DNA of 64,000 nt, from the IMG/VR virus record IMGVR_UViG_3300025765_000001, one strand, 5' to 3'. The position numbers and the translations under genes were made by a program. Below, piece by piece: positions 29,356 through 39,497 of this stretch; the first letter of the stretch is position 1; each line of letters opens with the position of its first letter. This stretch comes from a virus (lineage: Duplodnaviria > Heunggongvirae > Uroviricota > Caudoviricetes). A model generated the notes under the pieces. The model was not told the DNA's origin. It made no database searches and saw nothing but the letters and a program-made list of their open reading frames with translations.

Positions 29356-30486
29356 CTAGCTCGCCTTGTCCATCTCCAGGTTTTGCTGAATGGCAACGAT
29401 GTCGAAATTGGCGGCAACGGCGACCCGAAGCACTTCTTGGACGAACTCTTCATAGATTCGCCGTTGTTCTGAGGACCGCCTCTTGGTGAGATCACGGACG
29501 ATGTTGATGTGGCTGGTATTGAGCCGGTGGGACATTTGGGCAATAATCTTGAAGACGCCGCTCTTGGTGGGTTGAACGTCTTGCAGGGCATGGAGGGCCT
29601 TGTCAAAAGCATCTTCACCAGTCACTTTCTCCAGCACCTTTCTGGATTTCGGGTTCTGCAAAATGGGAATGAGTTGCCGGGCCTTGTGGTTGTTGGGAAC
29701 TTTGTTTTCGGCGAAAGCCTGGATGAATCCCCGACGAACTTCCGGGTCGGCGTCTACGACTGCCTTGCTGGTTCCCGTTTTGAGGGCCTCGTAGATCGGA
29801 CTGTACTTCGTCCGAACATCCACCTTCTTGCGGATAGGGGAGCGTTGAATTTCGTCTACCATCTTGTGGTTGTAGATCGCCCGTTCGACTTCCTGTACTG
29901 AGATGCCCATCAAGGCGGCGACATCCTTGTTGTTGAGCTTACGGGCGAGCATGGAGATGTACTTGGCCCGTTCATAGGCATTCCAGCCCTTCTTCCCCTG
30001 GCAGTGGATTTGGCCGATGAAAACCTCGACGGTCAATTCATCGATTTCATTGCCAAGGATGTAGACCGGGACAAGCTGTTTCGACCAGAACTCGCTCGTC
30101 TCCTTGTCCTCTCGCAGATTGCGGTAGCAGCACCAGCGGCGGTTGCCCTCACGAACCACATACTTGCCATCCTTGCGGCGACGAACGAAGAGCGGCTCGA
30201 TCAGGCCCTTGTTCTGGAGGATAGAGTTCCTTAGCATCTTGGTGTCTTCGGCTTCATCGTTGGACCAGTAGTAGGCGTATACACCATCGGGGTCGAGACC
30301 CTTTAATTGACCGATGACCTGGAGATGGTAAGAATGCCTGGGGTTGGTTGGGTCGGGGACCAAATCCTCGAATTTGAGATTGGTGAGCGGCAAGTTGTAT
30401 TCTTGACCCAGGATTGTGACGGCGATTCCACAATCCGTTTCACGCATTGACGCCGTTCCCTTCGCTTTCAGTGTTTTGCTGGACAT
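29356..30486 (-). CDS. ParB/Srx N-terminal domain protein
   Basis: DPTNPR, SI...GLIEPLFV....YVVREGNRRW; HTH-like NKDVAALMGIS; AAGGAG RBS before ATG 30486. Confidence 0.8.
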   Translation of the reverse strand: MSSKTLKAKGTASMRETDCGIAVTILGQEYNLPLTNLKFEDLVPDPTNPRHSYHLQVIGQLKGLDPDGVYAYYWSNDEAEDTKMLRNSILQNKGLIEPLFVRRRKDGKYVVREGNRRWCCYRNLREDKETSEFWSKQLVPVYILGNEIDELTVEVFIGQIHCQGKKGWNAYERAKYISMLARKLNNKDVAALMGISVQEVERAIYNHKMVDEIQRSPIRKKVDVRTKYSPIYEALKTGTSKAVVDADPEVRRGFIQAFAENKVPNNHKARQLIPILQNPKSRKVLEKVTGEDAFDKALHALQDVQPTKSGVFKIIAQMSHRLNTSHINIVRDLTKRRSSEQRRIYEEFVQEVLRVAVAANFDIVAIQQNLEMDKAS

Positions 30487-31534
30487 CGGATAACTCCTTA
30501 GGCGATTGACCTGATTCTGATAATCCATCCAACGCTGGAGGATTCGACTCAAAGCATTGTAATCTCTCGCCCGCCGGTGTCAATGCGATATTTTTGATTT
30601 CAGGGAAACCCCTGAAAAATATCGCCTCATTAGTGATCTGCACAGTTACTTGCTCCACATCACGGTTTCGCTCCAATTGCGTGAAATACACACGAATGTG
30701 CGGCCAATCTTCGTCTCGGATCGTGATAACCTTGTTACGGTAAAAGCTGACGTAGCGATCCCCTAAAGATGTTACCACGTTCTCTTCTTCGGCCCTTTTG
30801 GTCGCAATCACATGGTATTCAGGGGATAATTCAGCACCGCTAAAAATGCGGTCGAGCCGCTTTGCGGCGAGTGCGGTTGTGCCGGTTCCCATGAAAGGAT
30901 CATACACTAAGTCGCCTTTATCTGAACACATGAGCAGTATTCGCTCAAGCAGCGTGTAAGGTAGCTGGCAGGGGTGACTCAGAAAGCGATCCTTGTTGTG
31001 GTTCAGACGGAAAATGTCATTCCAACAATCGGAAGTAAGGGAACCAAACGGGTGCAAAGTGTCCTTCTTGCCTCCGTGGTCCTTCATGAGACGGTTACAA
31101 GACTTGGCCCGGCAACGTCGGTGCGGCCCTCGAACTTGATAGAACGTGTTGGAAGAGGATTTAGAGAAATACAAAATTCCGTAATGGTTAGGGATTAGGG
31201 ACTTTCCCATTGGCCCTGCTGGGGAGTCCCAAGCGATCCAATGACGGAAGTTAGCTCCGTATTTTTCTAGGAGGGGTGCGATCTTGATTAACCAGTAGGG
31301 TATGTGGTGGATAAATATAGAACCATCGTCAGCAGTAATTCTGACTAGATGTGCTATCCATTTATCGCACCACTCTAGATACTCGGTTTCTACTACATTA
31401 TCCTTAAAGCCAGCACTATACTTCTTCTTGAGGTTAAAAGGAGGGTCGGCGAAAGTTATCTTGGCTATACGATCTGGCACATTTTCTAGATGATCCAGGC
31501 AGTCACCAAGGTATATTTGATTGGTGATTTCCAT
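30440..31534 (-). CDS. DNA N4/N6 methyltransferase (beta class)
   Basis: GDCLD, DPPF, HPCQLP, DPFMGTGTT. Confidence 0.9.
   Translation of the reverse strand: MEITNQIYLGDCLDHLENVPDRIAKITFADPPFNLKKKYSAGFKDNVVETEYLEWCDKWIAHLVRITADDGSIFIHHIPYWLIKIAPLLEKYGANFRHWIAWDSPAGPMGKSLIPNHYGILYFSKSSSNTFYQVRGPHRRCRAKSCNRLMKDHGGKKDTLHPFGSLTSDCWNDIFRLNHNKDRFLSHPCQLPYTLLERILLMCSDKGDLVYDPFMGTGTTALAAKRLDRIFSGAELSPEYHVIATKRAEEENVVTSLGDRYVSFYRNKVITIRDEDWPHIRVYFTQLERNRDVEQVTVQITNEAIFFRGFPEIKNIALTPAGERLQCFESNPPALDGLSESGQSPKELSDVQQNTESEGNGVNA
30556..30583 (-). promoter_or_regulatory. sigma70-type promoter for the parB-like gene (inside MTase 3' end)
   Basis: TTGACA-16-TACAAT. Confidence 0.7.
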
Positions 31535-31597
31535 ATTTTCTTCTCTTTTCCATGCCCGACTGTAATAGAAAAGAGTGGAACAGTCAATATCTACAGT

Positions 31598-32431
31598 ATG
31601 ATCCGCACCTTTCTAGAATGGCTCGAAGCTAAGCTAGGTTCAAACGAACACGAAAGCGATGAAGAAAAGCTAACAGCTACAGAGCCGCCAGAAAAAGAAG
31701 TCCCTATCACTCAGCAGACTCCTTTGGTCATGACCAAACGAGGCGGCATGGTAGGTGATGTGATCCCAGACGTGAGCAAAACCGGATTAGGCACCACGGC
31801 GATGGACTATAATACCAGAGTCGCTCGTGGCAAGGGCGTTGAAGAGAAGATTAAACAGGCTTTGAAGGACCAGCACGGTATAGAAATCAGGGATAGTAAG
31901 GTGGGAGAAGAGCGGACTTTGGATAAGAGAATCACCGACGATGTAGATGACGGCATTGATGGGTATTGGAACGGCAGGGATTCTGTGCAGATCAAGTACA
32001 GAGATACCGGCAAAGACATCCTCTTCGAGCTAATCAAGCCCCATAAGGCAGAGATGCCGATTCTACCTCACTCCGACGAAAAGCCACTTGGTGGTCAGTC
32101 GCCAGGGCGTGATTATATTTCAAAAGCAATGTATCATGTCGTACTATTGCCAAATGCCCAAAGAACAGCCTATAGCGTCCTCAAGGTAAAGTCTAAACAC
32201 GTCCGAGGTCTCATCAACCGGGCCATCAACGAATTAGGCGAGCCACGCAATGTGAGCAAGTATCCCAACGGAGTTCTATACAGGCCATTCACTTCAGCTA
32301 TGGGTATAACTTTGAATCCAACGATGGATCGCAGGACCGGGACGGCGAAGGTAGTTGCTTTCGTACCGGTAGTGGCCCTGAAAGCGTTGGGTGAGGTTAC
32401 GAAAGAGTACCCGGTTAATATAGCTGTCTAG
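31598..32431 (+). CDS. hypothetical protein with CTS-like N-terminus; possible PD-(D/E)xK fold
   Basis: MIRTFLEWLEAK; G..VE...DGIDGY....VQIK.R. Confidence 0.7.
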   Translation: MIRTFLEWLEAKLGSNEHESDEEKLTATEPPEKEVPITQQTPLVMTKRGGMVGDVIPDVSKTGLGTTAMDYNTRVARGKGVEEKIKQALKDQHGIEIRDSKVGEERTLDKRITDDVDDGIDGYWNGRDSVQIKYRDTGKDILFELIKPHKAEMPILPHSDEKPLGGQSPGRDYISKAMYHVVLLPNAQRTAYSVLKVKSKHVRGLINRAINELGEPRNVSKYPNGVLYRPFTSAMGITLNPTMDRRTGTAKVVAFVPVVALKALGEVTKEYPVNIAV

Positions 32432-32787
32432 CAGGCTGCCTTGGCGATCACCATGCCCTTCGATTTCAGTTTCGCCGAGCCTCTTACGCAGCCATCTTCT
32501 GACTGGTCACAAACGATATCGCACGGCATTGGGCTGGTGCTGATAGTGTCGGCAGATAGTTTGAATCTGAAAACCATCCGGTCGGTGGGGGTCAGTGCCC
32601 TTTTCTTCTCCATGATGGTTCCGCAGTCGAAATCACGAACGAGCAAGTCCAGGGTTGGACGCAGTTCGGGATCGGCCTCCAAGAAGTTCATGCCGTTGTC
32701 GATCATCATCTGGATGATCGCTTCGTGGTCAAGGATCAACTCATAGGTTGTAACAAGTTTGTTGCTCTCTCTACTGCATATCGTCAT
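32428..32787 (-). CDS. hypothetical protein
   Basis: 119-aa ORF. Confidence 0.6.
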   Translation of the reverse strand: MTICSRESNKLVTTYELILDHEAIIQMMIDNGMNFLEADPELRPTLDLLVRDFDCGTIMEKKRALTPTDRMVFRFKLSADTISTSPMPCDIVCDQSEDGCVRGSAKLKSKGMVIAKAAC

Positions 32788-32836
32788 GACAGTAGTATGT
32801 AGTCTGGCGGCGTCTCAATTTCTGACAGATATGGAA

Positions 32837-33178
32837 TCACCCCCTTAGTTCTGCCAGCTTGAGATCATCGATAGGGAAGCAAACGAATTGCGTTTTGGCA
32901 CACTCTTCGTGATACCGGTTTTCGGCTTCATCCGCAGAGACGCCACGACCAGCCATTTCGATCTTCCACTCGTCCAGAGTGGAAACATATTGCGGCTCGT
33001 CAAACCAGACTACAACCACAGGTTTTTTGTGCCACTCAGGAGATCGCTCCCTCCAGAACTTGTCGGGGTCGTGCTTCATCACCAGTTGAGTGAACTTGGG
33101 ATGGATCATGGCGATAACCGTGCCGTTGCCATTCACGGTCCCTTCAACAACCGTTGTCACTTGATCTCCGACGTTCAT
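32837..33178 (-). CDS. hypothetical protein
   Basis: 113-aa ORF coupled to upstream GT gene. Confidence 0.65.
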   Translation of the reverse strand: MNVGDQVTTVVEGTVNGNGTVIAMIHPKFTQLVMKHDPDKFWRERSPEWHKKPVVVVWFDEPQYVSTLDEWKIEMAGRGVSADEAENRYHEECAKTQFVCFPIDDLKLAELRG

Positions 33179-34026
33179 TGTTTCGCTCCTATAGTTTTCA
33201 GATATGACTCAGCCACGTCTCTCATGTAGGCGACGGCCTCCGATGCCTCCGGGTCGATGCTTAGCAGTGCGTTGATTGGCTCCATCAGAAGTTCGCTGCC
33301 TTTACACTTCTTCCACTGGTGTTTGTCAAACATCTGAAGTGGCTCGTAGTAGTGGATGAAGTGGTAACAGTACGCCGGGTCGCTCAGAATGCAGCAGTAG
33401 TCCTTCTTGGCTTCGATAGAGCAATTATACTCCATCATGGTTAAGTTGGTAGCGACCATTTCTGTAGGCCACCATCTAGTTCCTACAGCCTTGCCCTGTT
33501 CCACGATCAAATCGTGACACCATTCGATGACCCGCATTGGGAAGGTGTCTGGAATGTGCTGCATAACGTAAACCAAACCCACTGGCTTCCAGGCGTCTAG
33601 TTTGTTAATAGCTCTCAGGTGATGTTCGATGTGGCACTTGTTTTTGTTAATATGCTCCAGTGTCATCATGAAAGTCTCTTGTGCCGAGATATTAAGGTCG
33701 GCTGGTATAGGTACGATGGGTTTGACCATCACCATATCTGGGTCTATTAACACGAACTGTTCGTCGGGTTGTAGTCGCCCCGTCTTCATCGCCGTCCACA
33801 CCGCCAGCCACTTGTTCATAGGCAAGTAGTTTAGTTCGTGGCCGAGGTTGCGGTGCATCATGACTTCGACGCTGAACATGTTAATAGGGAAGACGTGCGG
33901 ATTCTCCGTGTCGGCCAAGCCGATGATGAGGTTGGACTGCTGGCTGTGCCTCTTGAAGCTCTCGACCATGAGTTCTAGCTGCCAATAGAAGTAAGGTTTG
34001 TTCTCAGCACTTACTATGTACTTCAT
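33175..34026 (-). CDS. glycosyltransferase, HPAT/SGT1 (GT95/GT96)-like
   Basis: SAEN..YFYWQ...M..SF, Y.PMNK, LIDPDMV (DxD), W.TEM. Confidence 0.65.
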   Translation of the reverse strand: MKYIVSAENKPYFYWQLELMVESFKRHSQQSNLIIGLADTENPHVFPINMFSVEVMMHRNLGHELNYLPMNKWLAVWTAMKTGRLQPDEQFVLIDPDMVMVKPIVPIPADLNISAQETFMMTLEHINKNKCHIEHHLRAINKLDAWKPVGLVYVMQHIPDTFPMRVIEWCHDLIVEQGKAVGTRWWPTEMVATNLTMMEYNCSIEAKKDYCCILSDPAYCYHFIHYYEPLQMFDKHQWKKCKGSELLMEPINALLSIDPEASEAVAYMRDVAESYLKTIGAKQ

Positions 34027-34055
34027 GGAATTATTGCCTCCAAGGTAAATAGAGT

Positions 34056-34475
34056 ATGAACTTTTGTTTTAGAGAATGATTAGAAAGCTCCGAAATGCCA
34101 AAGGTAAAGATCGGAGACCTGGAAAAGAACCACGCCTATTCTAACATCGACCTTGAGGACGATGAATTGCGGCAGCTTATAAATCACGTCTACGCAATTA
34201 CAAAACAAGACCCTGATGCGTTGATGGAACTTAATATGGCTATGATGCAAGGTCTCGACCATGTTGCTGGAAAGAGGTTCCAAGCTTATGGTATGACCAA
34301 GGGTTCCCTTACTTTTCAACTGACTTCGATGATTAAGTTCGTCACTCAAGGGGTGCCAGCAGCCCCGCTCGAACTATCTCCGGAAGAAAAGAGAGCAGGG
34401 TCGGCTATGAGAACGGCTGGAGGCACCGTGCAGTGGACGTTACCCAGAGCAGGGATGGTAAATTTATCTTCGTGA
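34056..34475 (+). pseudogene. late gene with in-frame TGA at codon 8 (or 126-aa CDS from 34095)
   Basis: TAAATA 34046, MNFCFRE*LESSE in frame with 34095..34475. Confidence 0.5.
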
Positions 34476-34604
34476 AAAACAGATTGAATGGTAGCTCTGT
34501 CAACGTGGCGTTGACGGATACGCCGGATGTGGCAAAACAAAAGATCAAGAAGTTGTTTTCGCTTCTATAACCAAAAGGGCCAGCGTTAGCTGGCCCTTTT
34601 TTGT

Positions 34605-34757
34605 TTACCTTGGAAGCGGACTAGTTCTTGGGTCCGCTTTCTGTTGATCCCGCTGATTATTGTCCTTCTTGAAGCCCTCAACCGGGTGACACCTATCGCA
34701 GCAGCCTGTCAAAGCAAAGACGACAAATAATAGTCCCAGAGACATGATATATCTCAT
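34605..34757 (-). CDS. small lipoprotein
   Basis: signal peptide with lipobox LTG-C. Confidence 0.6.
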   Translation of the reverse strand: MRYIMSLGLLFVVFALTGCCDRCHPVEGFKKDNNQRDQQKADPRTSPLPR

Positions 34758-34819
34758 ACAAACCTGCTTTCTAAAACCCATGAAAATCATGAGCCTCTAA
34801 AATCGCCCTCTTTCAAGGG

Positions 34820-36061
34820 CTAAACCTTGCTCCCTGCGAGCAGTTCTTGCAGGGAGACTTCGCCTCGGAGTTTTTCGCTCCGACACCAGATGTTGCCAAC
34901 AAACTCTTTTAGGTCTGCCAGACGAACCTGTAATCCTGTGAGGACGACTTCAACATTGTCGTTCAGATGCTTCCACATTGACCATGAATGTACTTTGCGA
35001 TTTCGGTACTTTTCTGCAAGAGTTCCCAAAACCAGTTCTTTCACTTTCTTTGCGTCAGCCTTATAGAATGACAACTTCTCGTTGTACCCAAGACCACGCC
35101 GACCTATCACGAAGGCGGCTGACTCATGGATACTTGTCTTGTGCATCCACCTGTACTTGTACTTGCCAATGATACTGGTGAACGCTGGATTTACTTTCTC
35201 GTACTGGATGCCGTTCTCCACACACTTGCGTTCCAGCAAAGTGATGAACTTCTTCCAGACAAAGTTGCTCTGCTTTCTCTTCCTCTTCTTGCTACCAACC
35301 TTGTCCTTGTCAAACTTCAAGTCCTCAAAAACGATCCCCTTGCCACGCTCCAGAGCGTAGCCGATGACCTTCTTGACCAAACAGCCAATGTCGTAGTTCC
35401 GCTTCTCCCTGCTGCCGTAAAGGATACGGTTGTTGATGAATGTCTCGGTAGCGACCAAGTTACCGTCTGCGGCTACATCAGCCACGGCGATACGATCAGG
35501 GTTCGTATCCACGCCGATGACGCCGTTCTTGAAGGTCGTGGTGACTGGCGGCTCATCCACCTGAAAGTCAATAATGACCTTGAAGTGCGTCTCATCCTTC
35601 CTTTTGAGCCTGACGTTGTACGCCTGCCCACTCGCCAGCATGATCTTCAACTCCTGCTGGTATTTGTCCGGCACAAACAACTTAAACGTCGCCCACTTCC
35701 TCGTCCCAACGGTGATGCGGAGCGTATCGTCTACGATCCTGATGTTGAGGTTGCCCTTCTGCGTCTTGTCGCCACGACAATAGATTTGGCTGTCTCGCCT
35801 CTTCAACCACTCGTCTTTCGTGATCGCACCGGCTTTCATGTCTTCCCATGCTTTACGACCACCGAAAACTACTTTTTTGCCTTTGAGTCGGGTGTTGTAC
35901 GCTTGAGCCTGAACTACGGCGTCGGATACCTGTCTGGTGTTCAACATCTGGTACTTGGCTTTTGCAGCCTTCCGCACGTCGTTGAACTCAAGTTTATTCT
36001 TTGAGAACCGACAGTACGAGAAGCGGACGCAGGACTGGAAATCTCTGATGAGTTGATCCAG
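34820..36061 (-). mobile_element. tnpB: IS200/IS605-related TnpB-like RuvC protein (Zn-finger-less subtype), 5'-truncated
   Basis: GVDTN (RuvC-I), VFEDLKF (RuvC-II), VNPAFTSIIG, HESAAFVIGRRGLG; frame open upstream (LDQLIRDFQSCVRFSY) without ATG; no tnpA nearby. Confidence 0.85.
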
Positions 36062-36329
36062 TTCCGTGAATAGCCGCTTGAGTGAATAACGTCGGCGTTC
36101 CGCTTCTTGACCGTTCCGCCGCCCTGCTCATCCGCCCACGCCTTTGCCGCCTCAAACGTATCAAAATACTTGGCACGATGGAGTTTTGGGTCAAAGTGCT
36201 TGTTATGTGCCAAGTAGGGTGTAAGGTATATAATGGACCTTCAAGTAGAATTTAGACTAATAAAGCACGCCGCAGATTAACAGGCAACGGCGAACGTAGT
36301 GAGCCGTTGCAAGGCTTCTTGATTGAATT

Positions 36330-36782
36330 TCAGAGACTCAATTAGGTCTATTTCGTGATTCTTGCAAGCGGTATACCATATCTTGCAAATGCGTTGCAGT
36401 TTGGTTTTCTTATCTTCTCTCTTCGCATTGCATCATCCATTTTGAGCGGATGAAATTGTCCTCCAAAGAGATGATTCTGAGATATCAACAGATGGGATGC
36501 CGGTAGGATTCTTTTCCAAGAACTCGGTAATTCTAGGCTTAGCCCAAGTCCACCACTCTTCTTTGGTCATTTTGAGTTCAACGTTTTTATACCCATGTTC
36601 GTTACCGCTGGTACGCCGTCTCATTCCATTCCATTCCATATTCTGCGAGTATATCCTTCTACGTTTCTTTCATAGCTGCGTTTTTTAGCACGGCAGGCAT
36701 CACATGTGCCATAGATTTTGCCAGTTCGAGGGTTTACCGAGAAGGCTTCGAGGTTGGTTTCTTTGCAAGAATGACACTTCAT
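36330..36782 (-). pseudogene. decayed HNH-type endonuclease
   Basis: MKCHSC...CDAC...IWNGMRRR...GYKNV...PSVD; extra TGGAA unit (3 copies at 36624-36638) shifts frame; catalytic segment after PSVD missing. Confidence 0.6.
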
Positions 36783-37200
36783 GGCTAGATTTTAATAAAG
36801 CGAATCTAGCAAATGCAAGCGAGGCGTACTAGTTCCTGTTATGCCTACGAATACGCCGTTGTCCTTTACGACGTTCACGGCCCAGGATAGCTCGCATGAT
36901 CTTGCGAAGTGCCCGCCACTGCATGTCGGTCATAGCGAAGTGGAAATCGCAGCCGCCGTGTCCACCGCCACTGTTGACTTCTATATTGAAACCTTTGCCG
37001 TTTCCCCAGCGGGTTGCAGAGACGTGTCCGTAGTCATCGAGATGATCAGAATAGGTAGCACTGACGATGAGTAGCTTTTTTGTTCGAGACTGTTGACGCC
37101 GAATTCTTTTTTCTTGCTCATTGTTTCCTAGGATCGGGCCAGAAGATGAGTAGAGCTAGGCAGCCTACTATAGCCATCCAGATGGCTTCGCTTTATAAGC

Positions 37201-37473
37201 TCAAACATCTCTGAACTCCAATCCCATCAATTCCCTAAATACGTCCCACATATCGATGAAACTGTCAAACTGGTCGCTGAAGACATCGGCAGTTTCACCC
37301 ACGCTATCAGTTCTCTCCCAATCTAGCTGATAGCGTTTATCCTGTGTGCGAGTGATTGTGAAGTCGGCCCAACCGTCTTCTACCTCCCCACTTTCGCTAT
37401 ATGGTTTTCCTCCTGCCTTTAGCAGTTTTTTGAGGAGGGCGTTTTTTAGCCCCATCTCTTGTTCTTGGTTCAT
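37201..37473 (-). CDS. hypothetical protein
   Basis: 90-aa ORF with GAGG RBS. Confidence 0.65.
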   Translation of the reverse strand: MNQEQEMGLKNALLKKLLKAGGKPYSESGEVEDGWADFTITRTQDKRYQLDWERTDSVGETADVFSDQFDSFIDMWDVFRELMGLEFRDV

Positions 37474-37739
37474 TCTTCAACCTCAAGCTGACAATGATTA
37501 CCTTATTCATTGACTTTACTGCCGCCTCCTGATCGCTTCAGCGTGCGTACTTGAACAGGAGTTCTATCACAGGCCAGATGAGCGTGGATGCTGGGCGGTT
37601 AGGCACAGCCATCTTCTTCCCGCCGAACCCTCCGATGCCAAGGATAGTTCAGCCATCGGCATCGCAGTGACCGATCTCTCGCAGTGTGATATATAGTCGG
37701 TTCGTCTACTTGATCTCGGTGCCAGTAATCTCAACTACT

Positions 37740-38042
37740 TCATTTTCCCTGGCAGTTTTCGTCTTCGTCTTTCCCACGGCATGTCTCCCTGATGGTAGAG
37801 TTCCACAGTTCATCCATCGACAGGCCATGTTCCTCGCACATGACCTGCATACGAAAATGAACAACCTCTCGAACGGCTGGGTCCGCCGCTTCTGGCGTGC
37901 GACGTGCAAACCATTTGTACCATTGGAGGAAGTTGAAAGCGGACGGGATGGACTGGCGAGGAATCAATTTTCCGTGATTTTGGTTTCCTTCGTCCGTGAA
38001 CATCCCCCACTGTCCAGCTTTAAGATAGTGAAAGTGTCCCAT
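37740..38042 (-). CDS. hypothetical protein
   Basis: 100-aa ORF abutting upstream gene. Confidence 0.55.
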   Translation of the reverse strand: MGHFHYLKAGQWGMFTDEGNQNHGKLIPRQSIPSAFNFLQWYKWFARRTPEAADPAVREVVHFRMQVMCEEHGLSMDELWNSTIRETCRGKDEDENCQGK

Positions 38043-38045
38043 AAC

Positions 38046-38600
38046 TCAATCCCGAATAATTGCGATTTTGCGTTCTGGCCTCATTCCGATAGTGTACCGT
38101 TCGGAGCATACATGATCGCAGTGAGCGAAGAGCTTCACCGTGAACTTAATTATATCAGGATGGGGTTGGTCATTGATAGAGAGAATTCTACCGATCAAGT
38201 GTATGCCTCGTTCGGCTTCTTCGTTGTGAATGGCAATCGTGATGATGTCGTTGACCAGGGTATTCGCCGCCATATCAATCAGTATTTTCATCAGCATCTC
38301 CTTCCGTGAGTACCCTTTTCCTGATGAGATGGGCCGTAGTTCAACACCGTGCCCAGGATCGGGCCGTTTGATAGTGCGTGGCTTGGGAAGGGGTTCGGGC
38401 TGGGTGACTTTTCTATAGCCGAGACTCACCAGAACTTCAAAGATTTCACTCCAGGTGGGGAAGGATCGGCGGTTGTTCTCCTTGTATTGTTGCATGGCGT
38501 TCATGAATACCAATTCTTCGTCTGTGTATTCCGGCTCGCCTGTAGCAGGATGGGGTTTTTGCGGTCCATTGCATCTCCTCCGAGAGAAGTGATCTCGCAT
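38046..38600 (-). CDS. protein with Planctomycete-type conserved domain
   Basis: YTDEELVFMNAMQQYK....RSFPTWSEIFEVLVSLGYRK. Confidence 0.7.
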   Translation of the reverse strand: MRDHFSRRRCNGPQKPHPATGEPEYTDEELVFMNAMQQYKENNRRSFPTWSEIFEVLVSLGYRKVTQPEPLPKPRTIKRPDPGHGVELRPISSGKGYSRKEMLMKILIDMAANTLVNDIITIAIHNEEAERGIHLIGRILSINDQPHPDIIKFTVKLFAHCDHVCSERYTIGMRPERKIAIIRD

Positions 38601-38640
38601 AGATTATATCAAGACATGCACATAATTGTACTCCAGAAAT

Positions 38641-38678
38641 GAAAAAGGCCCCGACCTCTCTAACCTAGAGGCCGGGGC
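38641..38678 (-). terminator. intrinsic terminator ending the ncRNA
   Basis: GCCCCGGCCTCT/AGAGGTCGGGGC stem + TTTTT on minus strand. Confidence 0.8.
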
Positions 38679-39331
38679 GGTATTGGGCAGGCGTTATGCG
38701 AGGCTGCAAGCATTCTCCGTTTAATCCGCACTGTGAGTCTGACATCGCCAGTGTGTTACCATTACACCACCCCCTCAGTAGTAGTAGTTGGGCGAAAGTG
38801 AGGGAGATCGAAATTGAATCGACATCCCGGCGAGCTTTGTTTTTAAGTGCGAACCTCGATTTCGCAGCCCTGCCCTGAGTTTAACCTAGAGTGATAGCTT
38901 GACACTGCGTTTCCAGTGAGATGTAACGAGGCTTATGACGCCCCGTTGCCTTCCAATCAGCCACCCCACGATAAGGGTTGAGGGAACAATCCGTGTTCCA
39001 CAGCACCGTTCAGAGTGCCAGTCTATATCATTAGACGCTCAACCTTTCGAGACTATCCTAGTCTCTGCGGCCTTCCGTGGTTGCCATCCGTAGACTTCAC
39101 CATCCTTGGTATGAGCATCCTCGCTCATTTGGGTTTGTGCCTGTCCTGGCCGAGCCATCCAACGCTCGCCGTTGAGCAATACCTTCCTTGGAAACGGTGG
39201 CCTTCCTAGCTCTACAAACCCTGCTCTCCAAAGCAGTCGTGGGGGCAGGAATCGAACCTGCATATTCACCACACCAAAATGAAACTAAGCCTAAGCCTGT
39301 CACTCAATACACACTTGTCAGTGTGCTTCCC
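38641..39331 (-). ncRNA. large structured ncRNA with two circularly permuted tRNA-like domains and a GGA-hairpin insert
   Basis: T-arms at 39245-39261 and 38807-38823, each followed by acceptor strands and then D-arms; long-range stems; no convincing ORF; 5' end approximate. Confidence 0.8.
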
Positions 39332-39497
39332 TAAAATATCGTCCTTCGCCGAACTGTCTATAGTAATTTGCCAAGATCGGCGAATTGTTGTTTTGTTAGG
39401 GCTGGCGGCTGCCGCCGCCAGCCCCAGAGTCTAAGAATCCAAAGGCCCGTCCTCCCTCAGATTCTTCGACTCACAGATACGTCCAGGCCCACTCGAC

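Noticed and set aside
34056-34094. TGA-to-Trp recoding
   Set aside because: Single case; TGG is used for Trp and TGA for stop throughout, so this is more likely a nonsense change or error.
38745-39261. Ordinary tRNA genes or two-piece tmRNA
   Set aside because: Arms are in permuted order with no CCA, there is no G3-U70 alanine acceptor identity, and no tag reading frame is evident.
39015-39303. Short ORFs 39015..39209, 39039..39272, 39097..39303
   Set aside because: No RBS or protein-like features; they overlap the structured RNA.
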